Shown here piece after piece: positions 1 to 8,413 of a DNA stretch of 32,000 bases. The stretch lies in the NCBI RefSeq assembly GCF_003002815.1, contig NZ_PVTF01000021.1, positions 37,798-69,797 of the forward strand, read 5' to 3'. Position 1 is the first letter of the stretch. Every line of letters starts with the position of its first letter. Below the pieces are notes generated by a model that did not search any database, was not told where the DNA came from, and saw only the letters and a program-made list of their open reading frames with translations. Source of the DNA: Umezawaea tangerina (GTDB lineage: Bacteria; Actinomycetota; Actinomycetes; Mycobacteriales; Pseudonocardiaceae). The position numbers and the translations under genes were made by a program.

Positions 1-900
1 TCGCCCACACCCCCTGGTGCGCAGGTGATGCCGGTGCAGGAGCCGGGTGTGCGGCCAGCCCGGCCGTTGCCGTACGTGCTGTCGGTGTCGGGGCGGGTGA
101 CGGCGGAGAAGTTCTGGGTGGACTTCACGTCGTCGGGCGAGGCGGGAGCGCACTTCTCCGTCTACGCCAACGCTTTCCGCACGGACGGGCCGTGGCGCTA
201 CACCGTCGGGGCCGGGCGGACGCTGACCGACTACTGGCAGGCGGGGACGCCGACCGGGTCCTACGACCTGACGGTGTTGGGGCCCAACGGTTTCCTGCGC
301 CGGTTCGCGGGTGACCGGGTCGTGGCGACCTCGGGCGGGGCCAACCCCGAGGTGACGATGCGGTACGCGCCCGCGGACGGCCTGGTGTGGTTGGCGATGA
401 CCAACAGCGGGAAGGCCGCGTGCACGCTGACCGTCCGGGTGGGCAACCGCGCGGGCGGGCCGTGGACCTACACCGCCGGGCCCGGTGCGACCGTCGAGGA
501 CTGGTTCTCCGTCGGGCGGACGTCGGGCTGGTACGACCTGACCGCGTCCGGCCCCGACGGGTTCGTGCGCCGTTTCGCCGGGCACGTGGAGAACGGCGCG
601 GAGAGCACGTCCGACCCCGTCATGGGATCCGGGACGTTGGCCGGCACCTCGACGGCGTCCGCCGGTGAGGTGCGGGTGGACGTCGGGCAGGCGCGGACGG
701 TCACGGCGGTCACCTGCCGGCCTCGGCAGGCCGGACCGTACGAGGTGCACGTGAGCACCGACGGCTCGTCGTGGGGGAGCGCGGTGGCGTCGGGGACCTT
801 CACCGGCACAGCGGCCACGACGGTGCGGTTGTGGCCCGCCACCGCCCGGTACGTGCGGGTGCGGGCGGCGGTGGACGGCGTGACGGCTTCGGGTTGGTGA
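1..900 (+). CDS. Phospholipase C (non-hemolytic/phosphocholine-specific type), 3' part only. It contains two tandem DUF756-like C-terminal repeats plus a discoidin/F5-8-type-C-like tail. The gene begins upstream of the window.
   Basis: Frame 1 is open from nt 1. The block '...SYDLTVLGPNGFLRRFAGD' recurs as '...WYDLTASGPDGFVRRFAGH', which is the typical PLC C-terminal tandem domain. The C-terminal ~90 aa resemble a carbohydrate-binding beta-sandwich. Stop TGA at 898-900. Confidence 0.7.
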   Translation, partial: SPTPPGAQVMPVQEPGVRPARPLPYVLSVSGRVTAEKFWVDFTSSGEAGAHFSVYANAFRTDGPWRYTVGAGRTLTDYWQAGTPTGSYDLTVLGPNGFLRRFAGDRVVATSGGANPEVTMRYAPADGLVWLAMTNSGKAACTLTVRVGNRAGGPWTYTAGPGATVEDWFSVGRTSGWYDLTASGPDGFVRRFAGHVENGAESTSDPVMGSGTLAGTSTASAGEVRVDVGQARTVTAVTCRPRQAGPYEVHVSTDGSSWGSAVASGTFTGTAATTVRLWPATARYVRVRAAVDGVTASGW

Positions 901-1302
901 CCCGACCACCGGGAGGCTTGGCCACCGCCCGGCACGTCATCGCCTGGTCGCACGGGTAAGCGAGCTGCGGTGACACCTGGAGTTCATGCCCCGTCGGCCG
1001 GGACCGCTCGGGGTGGCGTGCTCACCGTGGACAACCGGTACCGGGTGCGGCGGGGGTGGGTGTCGCAAGAGGACCTCGCCCGCTGCGCTGTCGGGTGGCG
1101 GCCGCTGTTCACCGGACGGCACAACGAGGTCACCGCGGTCGGACCGCTTACGCCGAGCTCACCCCCACCACCGTCACCCTGTCCCGCCCGGCGGGGAATG
1201 ACCACTGGCGCCGGTCGGTCCAGCCTGCGTAGTTCAGGAACCGGTGTCGTCGACCTTGATGTGCGTTCGACGACGCCCAACTTCAAACCACGTTCGAGGG
1301 CG

Positions 1303-1944
1303 TCAGGCGGAGTTGCGGTGCTTTTGAGCGTCCAGGAGCGTCCGTGCGCAGACGGCCGCGAAGGTGTCGCGATCGGCCCATCTGGGCACGGTCCCGTAGT
1401 AGTGGACGTACAGTTCCGAGTCGGAAACGCAGAGGTGGGCATTGCGAGAGCATTCCCCGGCTGTGTCTACCGGCATTTCCAGGAGAGTGGCGGCACGACC
1501 AGCAAGTCGCAGGTCTCTGTTCACCTGTTCGACGTCCTTCGCAAGGTCGGCTCGCTGGGCCCACAGGATCCGTTTCCATTCCCTGTACTGGAGTCGCTGT
1601 GGCTTCCACCAAGCGTGATCGATCTTGCCCAACGGAGTCGCAATTGAGGCGACGGATGGTTCAAGGAGCGAGGCGGCGTGCAACTCGTTGTGCGGTCCGC
1701 GCATGAGTAGTGCTTGTCTACCCATCCCCGCCGCCAGGGCTCGTGTCACGAAATTGGTGACGAGATCAAGGTAGGGGCCGTTGTAAGGGGTCAGTGGCCA
1801 CCGCTCGATCGCGCTGTGGCGATGGACTGTGTACTTCGAGGTCCACGCTGTCCACGCTTGCAAGCGCTGTTGTTCTCGCTGGATCGAGTCGAAGTGCTGG
1901 TCGATCTCGTCGGGCATGGCGAACTTCTCCCAGTGGCGTGTCAT
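1303..1944 (-). CDS. Hypothetical protein in a lower-GC islet, with no family recognised. The start is uncertain: ATG 1944 (ATGA overlap with an upstream ORF), ATG 1917, or ATG 2025.
   Basis: Balanced amino-acid composition (W, Y, H, K, E, Q rich), unlike the Arg/Pro/Ala junk of wrong frames. GC3 is clearly lower than in the neighbours. GGGAG motifs lie upstream of both the 1944 and 1917 ATGs. Confidence 0.5.
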   Translation of the reverse strand: MTRHWEKFAMPDEIDQHFDSIQREQQRLQAWTAWTSKYTVHRHSAIERWPLTPYNGPYLDLVTNFVTRALAAGMGRQALLMRGPHNELHAASLLEPSVASIATPLGKIDHAWWKPQRLQYREWKRILWAQRADLAKDVEQVNRDLRLAGRAATLLEMPVDTAGECSRNAHLCVSDSELYVHYYGTVPRWADRDTFAAVCARTLLDAQKHRNSA

Positions 1945-2505
1945 CGCAGTCGGCAACTCCCACTGTGGGTCGCCGCGTGACGGAAGATCGTTAGCAGCTC
2001 GGCGGAGCAGGAAGGAACTGAACACGGCTCAGGTACGAGCGGGTTGCTTGATCGAGGAAGTCTCCGAAGGGGCTGGTGGTCGGCATCCGCTCGGGTAAGA
2101 CCGGTGGACAAACCGTGGCCGTGCTCGACGCATGAGCGAAGTGACCTGTCCGCATCCGGCATCACCAGTGGGGTGGACGCATCTGTCTCCCAGCCGATCC
2201 GTGCAGCCAGTCGGTCCCTGGGAGAGGGCCGTCTGTAATCGTGGCTCATCTGACGGAGATCGGCTCGCGCCGCGCGGTGGAACCCGACCGGTTCACGTGC
2301 TCGGCCAGCTCGTCGGGGAGACGACCCTAGTGGGGCTGCTCGGCGGCTTGATGGGCGTGTGGTGGCCACTGTGGAGGTTGCGCTGGGCGACGGTTGGCTG
2401 CCGGACGTGAACCCGCGGGTGGCACTTCTCGAGTCCGGCGGTGGTGCCGTGGCGGGTCTCCTGCCCGCCCTGCACGGCGCGACCAGCCGCGCTCCAGCGG
2501 TCACC

Positions 2506-4521
2506 TCACGCCTCCGGTGACGACCCCGTCTGGCGCAGGAGCTGGTCGACGAGGCGTTCCTTGGCGAGGGCGAGGTGGCGGCGGTAGGTGCCGTAGGGCA
2601 GGCCCAGGCGTCGGGCGGTGGCCTTGTGGGTGCGGGAGGTCGTGAAGTAGGTGGCGGTGAGCGCCTCGTGCGCCTTCACGCCCGCGGGGTCGACCTGGAG
2701 GGCGTCGAGGGCGGTCGTGACGGCGTCGCGCAGGTCCGCGACGGGGTCGGTCGAACCGGGTGGGACGAGGCGGGAGCGGAGCAGGACGCTGGTGGCGAAC
2801 TGGCGGGGGTTGCGCCAGGTGCGCAGCGCCTCGAGCACGCCCTCCTCGAAGGCGGCGCGCGGCAGGTCGTCGGTCGGGGCCGGGACCGTGCCCGGCCAGC
2901 CCGCGACGGGTTCGGCCAGGGCTCGGGCGCGGTGTTCGACCCACTGCTCGACCGGTTGCCGCCGCCAGTCGCGGCCGAAGACGTGCTGGCGGCGGCCGCC
3001 GACGTCGACCGCCACGACCTCCAGCATCCCGGCGTCGGCGAGGTAGCGCCGCCACAGGTCGGCGTCCTCGAAGACGGTGAAGGTCACCGCGCGGCCGCGG
3101 GTCCGCATCTCGGCGGCGATGGTGCGCCTGCTGATGAGGTCCATGAGGGGCGAGGGTCGTTGGTGGGCGCCGGGTTGCACGGCGAAGCGGCGGATGCCCA
3201 GGTGCTCGCCGGGGGCCAGGGGAGCGACGGCCTCGACGAAGCCCCAGACCTGGTCGACCACCGGGTCCGCGGCCCGGTCTTCGGGCAGCGCCGCCTCCAG
3301 CCGCAGGACGGCCATGAACCCGATCGGTGTGGCCGAGCCGGCGTAGCGGTAGACGCGGAAGCCCTGTGGCTGGCGGCGCGCCCAGTGCGCGACCGCGGTC
3401 GCCGAGGCGGCGTTCTCCGCCTCGGTCATCAGGCGCAGGACGTCCGGCACGTCTTCGGGCCGCAGGGCGGTGTCCTCGACATGGGGGTGCACGTGCCAGT
3501 CGTACAGGTCGCCGTGGTCGCGGAAGAGGAACATCCACTCGGCCACGCGCAGCAGGGCGTCGTGCTCGGAGGCGGCGCGCACGGCGTGCAGGCAGGCGAC
3601 CGAGACGCGGACGCGCACGTCCTCGTAGCGTTCCGGGTCGCGCCACCGCAGGTCGGCCTCCAGCGTGGCGCGCACCGCGTCGTGGGGGTGCAGCCCCTCG
3701 GGGGTGGCCTCGACGTAGGGCAGCTGGCGCAGCCAGGGGAACACCGTCGCGGTGTCCTCGTCGCCCAGCACCGCCCGCAGCAGCGACTCGCGCGTGACGT
3801 AGGCCCGTGCGACGACCTCCAGCGCACGCCGGTGCGCCGCGCTCGGCAGCTCGCCGACCAGCCGTTCGACCAACGTGGTCAGCACGTCGCCGGTGGGCCG
3901 CCACAGCGCGTTGGGCGCCTCGACGGGCACGGAGGCGGCGAGCGAGAGCGCGAGCGGGCTGCCCCCGGCGAAGGCGACGATGGCGTCGCGGCGCTCCGCG
4001 GCGACACCGCGGGACGCCAGCAGGGCGTCGGACTGGGCGGCGTCGAGCGGTCGCACGGCCAGCTCGGCGAACAGCGGCGCCCAGCCGGGGTCCAGCGTCC
4101 AGTCGGTGTCGGGGGCGACGCGGCTGGCGAGGACCACGAGCGCGCCCTCCGCGAGCCGGAGCAGGAAGGTGTCGCGCAGCCACGGTTCGAGCTGCTGGCA
4201 GTGCTCGAAGGAGTCGATGAGCAGGACCGCGCCGGGCTCGACGCACACCAGGGCGGCGGCCTCCTCGATGCGCCGCGGGTCCGCGTCCAGGAACCGCGCG
4301 TCGACGTGCACCACACGGCGGCCCGCGACCTCCGCCTGCCGCGCGGCGTGGCGCAGCAGCGAGGACTTGCCGATGCCACCCGGTCCGTGCAGGTAGGCCA
4401 CGAGCGGGGCGTCCGCCGCCCCGGCCAGCATCCGGTCGAGCACGTCCCGCTCGGGCTCGCGGCCCACCAGTGCTCCGGCGCGCGCCGCGGCCAGCCTGCC
4501 CGCCAGTCCCGTCGCACCCAC
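2506..4521 (-). CDS. STAND/AAA+ P-loop ATPase transcriptional regulator with a C-terminal helix-turn-helix (LuxR/sigma-70 region 4 like). A central region may be GNAT-like.
   Basis: Walker A 'GPGGIGKSSLL' and Walker B-like 'AVLLIDSFEH'. The C-terminal 'THKATARRLGLPYGTYRRHLALAKERLVDQL' looks like an HTH. GTG start at 4521. The two other >670-aa ORFs over this span are compositionally junk. Confidence 0.8.
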   Translation of the reverse strand: MGATGLAGRLAAARAGALVGREPERDVLDRMLAGAADAPLVAYLHGPGGIGKSSLLRHAARQAEVAGRRVVHVDARFLDADPRRIEEAAALVCVEPGAVLLIDSFEHCQQLEPWLRDTFLLRLAEGALVVLASRVAPDTDWTLDPGWAPLFAELAVRPLDAAQSDALLASRGVAAERRDAIVAFAGGSPLALSLAASVPVEAPNALWRPTGDVLTTLVERLVGELPSAAHRRALEVVARAYVTRESLLRAVLGDEDTATVFPWLRQLPYVEATPEGLHPHDAVRATLEADLRWRDPERYEDVRVRVSVACLHAVRAASEHDALLRVAEWMFLFRDHGDLYDWHVHPHVEDTALRPEDVPDVLRLMTEAENAASATAVAHWARRQPQGFRVYRYAGSATPIGFMAVLRLEAALPEDRAADPVVDQVWGFVEAVAPLAPGEHLGIRRFAVQPGAHQRPSPLMDLISRRTIAAEMRTRGRAVTFTVFEDADLWRRYLADAGMLEVVAVDVGGRRQHVFGRDWRRQPVEQWVEHRARALAEPVAGWPGTVPAPTDDLPRAAFEEGVLEALRTWRNPRQFATSVLLRSRLVPPGSTDPVADLRDAVTTALDALQVDPAGVKAHEALTATYFTTSRTHKATARRLGLPYGTYRRHLALAKERLVDQLLRQTGSSPEA

Positions 4522-4622
4522 TCCGCACCCCTCTCGTCGGGACCGTGTTCCCTTGTGGAGGAACGAACGTTAGGCCATGCAGGTGCCCTCGCGCCGGTAG
4601 GGCCGGAGCACTTCACGGCCTT

Positions 4623-4644
4623 GGACCGGACACCTGTCCGGTCC
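4623..4644. promoter_or_regulatory. 22-bp perfect palindrome GGACCGGACA-CC-TGTCCGGTCC in the divergent intergenic region. Candidate operator or hairpin.
   Basis: Read directly: 4623-4632 is the exact reverse complement of 4635-4644. It lies about 100 bp upstream of the 4521 start. Confidence 0.3.
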
Positions 4645-4754
4645 ACCGCCTCCGACGGTCGTGGTGGCGGGCTTGGTCCTGCTGGTTGACGGAGGGCTTC
4701 GGGGGCGCGTTGTGCCTCCCTTCCCAGCCACATGTCTGCGAAGGGGCTTTCGCC

Positions 4755-4835
4755 ATGCGCGTGAACAAGGTCGTCGTCATCGGTGCCGGGATCGGTGGGC
4801 TGTGGCTCATGGGGCGGGACCCGCTGCCGTCGTAG
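4755..4835 (+). pseudogene. Relic of the N-terminus of an FAD/NAD(P)-binding oxidoreductase (26 codons, then a stop).
   Basis: ATG 4755 gives 'MRVNKVVVIGAGIGGLWLMGRDPLPS*'. This is a canonical Rossmann GxGxxG dinucleotide-binding start that terminates after 26 aa. Confidence 0.35.
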
Positions 4836-4911
4836 CGTCGATACCGGTGGGGTATCGCTGTCCGACCCGGACGGTGTTGGTGTCCCGCCGGTGCGCGGAC
4901 AAGATCGAGTC

Positions 4912-5634
4912 ATGAGTGAGCGGACGATCGCGTTGGTCACCGGCGCGAACAAGGGGATCGGGTACGAGATCGCGGCGGGGCTCGGCGCGCTGGGCTGGAG
5001 CGTCGGGGTCGGCGACCGGGACGAGCGGCTGCCCGAGACGGTGGAGAAGCTGCGGGCGGAGGGGGTGGACGCGTTCGCCGTGCCCGTGGACGTGACCGAC
5101 GACGCGAGTGTGGCCGCTGCCGCGGCGTTGGTGGAGGAGCGTGCCGGGCGGTTGGACGTGCTGGTGAACAACGCGGGTGTCGCGGGGCCGTGGCCCGCGC
5201 GGCCGTCGACCATGTCGGTCGACGCCGTGCGGGAGGTGGTGGAGACGAACGTGCTGGGTCTGATCCGGGTGACCAACGCGATGCTGCCGCTGCTGCGCCG
5301 GTCCGAGCATCCGCGGATCGTCAACCAGTCCAGCCACGTCGGGTCGATGACCTTGCAGACCACGCCCGGTGTCGAGCTCGGCGACGTGGACGGGGCCTAC
5401 GCGCCGACGAAGACGTTCCTCAACGCCGTGACCGTCCAGTACGTGAAGGAGCTGGCGGGTACGGCGGTGAAGGTCAATTGTGCCTGTCCCGGTTTCGTGG
5501 CGACCGACATGACCCGTCACCAGGGCGACCGCACACCCGCGGAGGGCGCCAGGATCGCGATCCGGCTGGCCACCCTGCCCGACGACGGCCCGACCGGCGG
5601 GCTGTTCGACGACGACGGCGCGGTGGCGTGGTGA
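4912..5634 (+). CDS. Short-chain dehydrogenase/reductase (classical SDR).
   Basis: 'IALVTGANKGIGYEIA' (TGxxxGxG), 'NNAG', and Y-x3-K in 'GAYAPTKTF'. ATG at 4912. The stop TGA at 5632-5634 overlaps the next start. Confidence 0.9.
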   Translation: MSERTIALVTGANKGIGYEIAAGLGALGWSVGVGDRDERLPETVEKLRAEGVDAFAVPVDVTDDASVAAAAALVEERAGRLDVLVNNAGVAGPWPARPSTMSVDAVREVVETNVLGLIRVTNAMLPLLRRSEHPRIVNQSSHVGSMTLQTTPGVELGDVDGAYAPTKTFLNAVTVQYVKELAGTAVKVNCACPGFVATDMTRHQGDRTPAEGARIAIRLATLPDDGPTGGLFDDDGAVAW

Positions 5635-6863
5635 CGCGCCCGCGTGCGGAGCGGACCGCCATCACCGGTGCCCGGATCTTCGACGGCGAGAAGGTGCTGG
5701 GCGCCACCACCGTGCTCGTCGACCGCGGCAAGATCGTCCGCGTCGGCGGCGAGGTGCCCGACGGGGTCGAGGTGGTCGACGGCACCGGGGCGACCCTGCT
5801 GCCCGGCCTGATCGACGCGCACGTCCACACCGGCCCGGACTCGCTCGCGCTCGCCCTGCGGTTCGGGGTGACCACCGAGCTGGAGATGCAGGGCACCAGC
5901 ACCCGCGGCAGGCGGGCCGCCATCAGCGCGGACGACACGATGGCGGACGTGCGCTCCGCCGGCCTCGGCCTCACCCCGCCCGGCGGCCACCCCAGCGAGC
6001 TCTTCCCGCCCGGCTTCGTGCCGATCGGCGCCGAGTCGGCCGACGGCACGGCCCCGTTCACCCCCGACGCCACGAGCCCGGAAGGCGCCGCGGCGTCCAT
6101 TCCGCGACTGCTCGCGGACGGTGCGGACTACATCAAGTTCATGGTCGACGACGGCAGCGTCGAAGGCCACCCCGGCCTGCCGATGATCGACCCGGCCACG
6201 TTGGACGCCGGTGTGGCCGAGGCCAAGAGGTACGGCGTGCTCACCATCGCCCACGCGTTGACGATCGACGCCACCCGGATGGCGTTGGAGGCCGGTGTCG
6301 ACGGTCTGGCGCACGTGTTCGTGGAGCCGCACGACGACGAGATCATCGCCCTGATCGAGGACGCCGACGTGTTCGTCGTCCCGTGCACCGTCCTCAACGC
6401 CTCGCTCATGGGCATCACCGGCACCGAGCTCGCCGACGACCCGCGTGTCTCCTCGCGCCTGGACGAGGCCTGGGACACCGCCCTGCGCTCCAGTTTCGAC
6501 CGGTACCCGCAGGGCGACATCGACGACGTCCTGACCACCGTCAAGGTGCTGAGCGACGCCGGGGTCGACCTACTGGTCGGCACCGACTCCGCCGTCCCCG
6601 TCCCGTTCCTCGGCGGCCTCGCCCACGGCGCCAGCGTCCACCACGAACTCCAGTACCTCGTCCGCGCGGGCCTCACCCCGACCCAGGCACTACGCGCCGC
6701 CACCTCCACCACCGCCCGCCGCTTCCGCCTGACCGACCGCGGCCGCATCGCCGAAGGCCTCCGCGCCGACCTCCTCCTCGTCGACGGCGACCCCACCACC
6801 ACGATCTCCAACACCCTCAACACCCGCGCCGTCTGGCGCCGCGGCGCCCGGCTTGTTCTTTGA
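5631..6863 (+). CDS. Amidohydrolase-family metallohydrolase.
   Basis: 'LLPGLIDAHVHT' metal-binding HxH motif. The N-terminal 'ITGARIFDGEKVL...VDRGKIVRVG' is typical of the family. The GTG start overlaps the SDR stop (GTGA). The upstream part of the 557-aa ORF is out-of-context junk. Confidence 0.9.
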   Translation: MTRPRAERTAITGARIFDGEKVLGATTVLVDRGKIVRVGGEVPDGVEVVDGTGATLLPGLIDAHVHTGPDSLALALRFGVTTELEMQGTSTRGRRAAISADDTMADVRSAGLGLTPPGGHPSELFPPGFVPIGAESADGTAPFTPDATSPEGAAASIPRLLADGADYIKFMVDDGSVEGHPGLPMIDPATLDAGVAEAKRYGVLTIAHALTIDATRMALEAGVDGLAHVFVEPHDDEIIALIEDADVFVVPCTVLNASLMGITGTELADDPRVSSRLDEAWDTALRSSFDRYPQGDIDDVLTTVKVLSDAGVDLLVGTDSAVPVPFLGGLAHGASVHHELQYLVRAGLTPTQALRAATSTTARRFRLTDRGRIAEGLRADLLLVDGDPTTTISNTLNTRAVWRRGARLVL

Positions 6864-6989
6864 GCCCTCGCAGTACGGCGCTACAGCGCGCTGATGTCGT
6901 GCGCCGCTCGACAGGTCGACCGCAATAGTGCGTGACCGGAAGCCGACAAGTCGGCTATGCGTCGGCGTCGGGGGTGAGGGGGACGCGCC

Positions 6990-7262
6990 ATGCCGAAGGC
7001 GGAGGTGGGACGTTGGGTGGTGGAGCACCTCCGACGACGCGGCCTGCGGCAGGTCCGCGTCCTGATTCTGGCCAGTCATGAGCACGTGGGTCCTCAAGAC
7101 CGGTGTGCGGAGACGGTTCGTGCCGACCTTGACGCCACCACGGTCACCGTCGACGACATCTGCGATTTCAGCCGCTCGCGCGCACAGCGCGAGCCAGGCC
7201 CACATCCGCTCGATCTCGACGCGGCAGGTTCGGCTGGTGGACGGTCGCACGATCGATCGTGA
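6990..7262 (+). CDS. Possible small hypothetical protein (90 aa) in an otherwise unassigned convergent spacer.
   Basis: ATG preceded by GAGGGGGA 7 nt upstream, with fairly high GC3. No recognisable motif, and an antisense frame is equally open. Confidence 0.2.
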   Translation: MPKAEVGRWVVEHLRRRGLRQVRVLILASHEHVGPQDRCAETVRADLDATTVTVDDICDFSRSRAQREPGPHPLDLDAAGSAGGRSHDRS

Positions 7263-7342
7263 AGCCGAGGGTCTACCAAGGTGGATGAGGATCGTCTCGG
7301 CCGCGCTGGTGCTCGACTGGCTGGTATGGCGGTGGTCTCCGG

Positions 7343-8374
7343 TCAGCGGCGTGGGTGGGCGAGTCCGTGGTCGATGAGGCTTTGCGCGGTGTCGTGCAGG
7401 GTTTCGTCGGTGGGGCGGGTGGTCCAGCCGAGGTCGTCGGCGGCCTTCTGGCTGGACAGCTTCTCGGGGTGGCCGACGAAGGCGAGTGCGAGGCGCAGGG
7501 TGGGGTCGAAGCGGGCGGCGAGCCACATCGCCCAGTAGGGGAGGCGGCGGGTGGGTACGCGCAGGCCCTTGGTGGCCAGGGTGCGGGCCATGTCGAGCAT
7601 CCAGACGTCCGGCCCAGCGCAGATGTAGCGGTTGCCCGCGGCTTTCGGGCTCTCCACGGCCAGGCGGTGGGCCAGGGCGATGTCGCGGACGTCGACGATG
7701 CTCCAGCTGATGTGCGGGACCGCGGGCATGGAGCGGTCGAGCAGCCGTTGCACGGTCTCGTTGGACGTGGCCACCTCGGGGCGTTGCAGGGGGCCGACGA
7801 CGAGGCCGGGGTTGATGGCGACCAGTTCCAGGTGGCGCTGCTCGGGCAACTCGTCGACGAACTTCCAGGCTGCCCGTTCGGCGAGGGTCTTGCTCTTCTC
7901 GTACGGGGTGCAGTTCGCGATGTCGGACCAGTCGTCCTCGGTGTGGCGGCCTGCCACGGGGTCGGGGCGGCCGCCCGCGATGGCGGAGGACGAGGAGGTC
8001 AGGACGACCCGGCGGACGGTGCTGCTCGCGGCGGCGGCGCGCAGCACGCGCAGGGTGCCCTCGACGGCGGGGCGGATGACGTCGTCCTCGTCACGGGGGA
8101 CCGCGGGCGGGTTCGGCGAGGCCACGTGCAGCACGGAGGTGCAGCCCTCGACGGCCTCGGCCCAGCCCTCGTCGGAGTCCAACCGGGCGGCGACGAGCTC
8201 CAGTCGACCCCCGAACTCGGCGGCCAGTGCGGTGAGGTGGGCGACCTTCTCGGTCCTCGTGACGTCGCGGACGGTGCCGCGGACGGCGTAGCCGTGCCGG
8301 AGCAGTTCCTCGACGCAGTAGCCGGCGATGAAGCCGGACGCGCCGGTGACCAGGACGGTGTCGGGCTGGCTCAT
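7343..8374 (-). CDS. NAD(P)-dependent epimerase/dehydratase-family reductase (extended SDR, dihydroflavonol/aldehyde-reductase like).
   Basis: 'VLVTGASGFIAGYCVEELL' Rossmann motif and 'YEKSK' (YxxxK). GGGAGA SD site upstream of ATG 8374. Confidence 0.9.
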   Translation of the reverse strand: MSQPDTVLVTGASGFIAGYCVEELLRHGYAVRGTVRDVTRTEKVAHLTALAAEFGGRLELVAARLDSDEGWAEAVEGCTSVLHVASPNPPAVPRDEDDVIRPAVEGTLRVLRAAAASSTVRRVVLTSSSSAIAGGRPDPVAGRHTEDDWSDIANCTPYEKSKTLAERAAWKFVDELPEQRHLELVAINPGLVVGPLQRPEVATSNETVQRLLDRSMPAVPHISWSIVDVRDIALAHRLAVESPKAAGNRYICAGPDVWMLDMARTLATKGLRVPTRRLPYWAMWLAARFDPTLRLALAFVGHPEKLSSQKAADDLGWTTRPTDETLHDTAQSLIDHGLAHPRR

Positions 8375-8413
8375 GGGATCTCCCGTGGTTGGGGTGTTCC
8401 GGGGTGGGAGCGC

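Noticed and set aside
2260-2505. Small ORFs (2132..2410, 2293..2475, 2394..2645) in the roughly 480-bp gap downstream of the STAND gene.
   Set aside because: They have no SD sites, motifs or coding-like composition in any frame, so I treat the region as non-coding spacer or decayed sequence.
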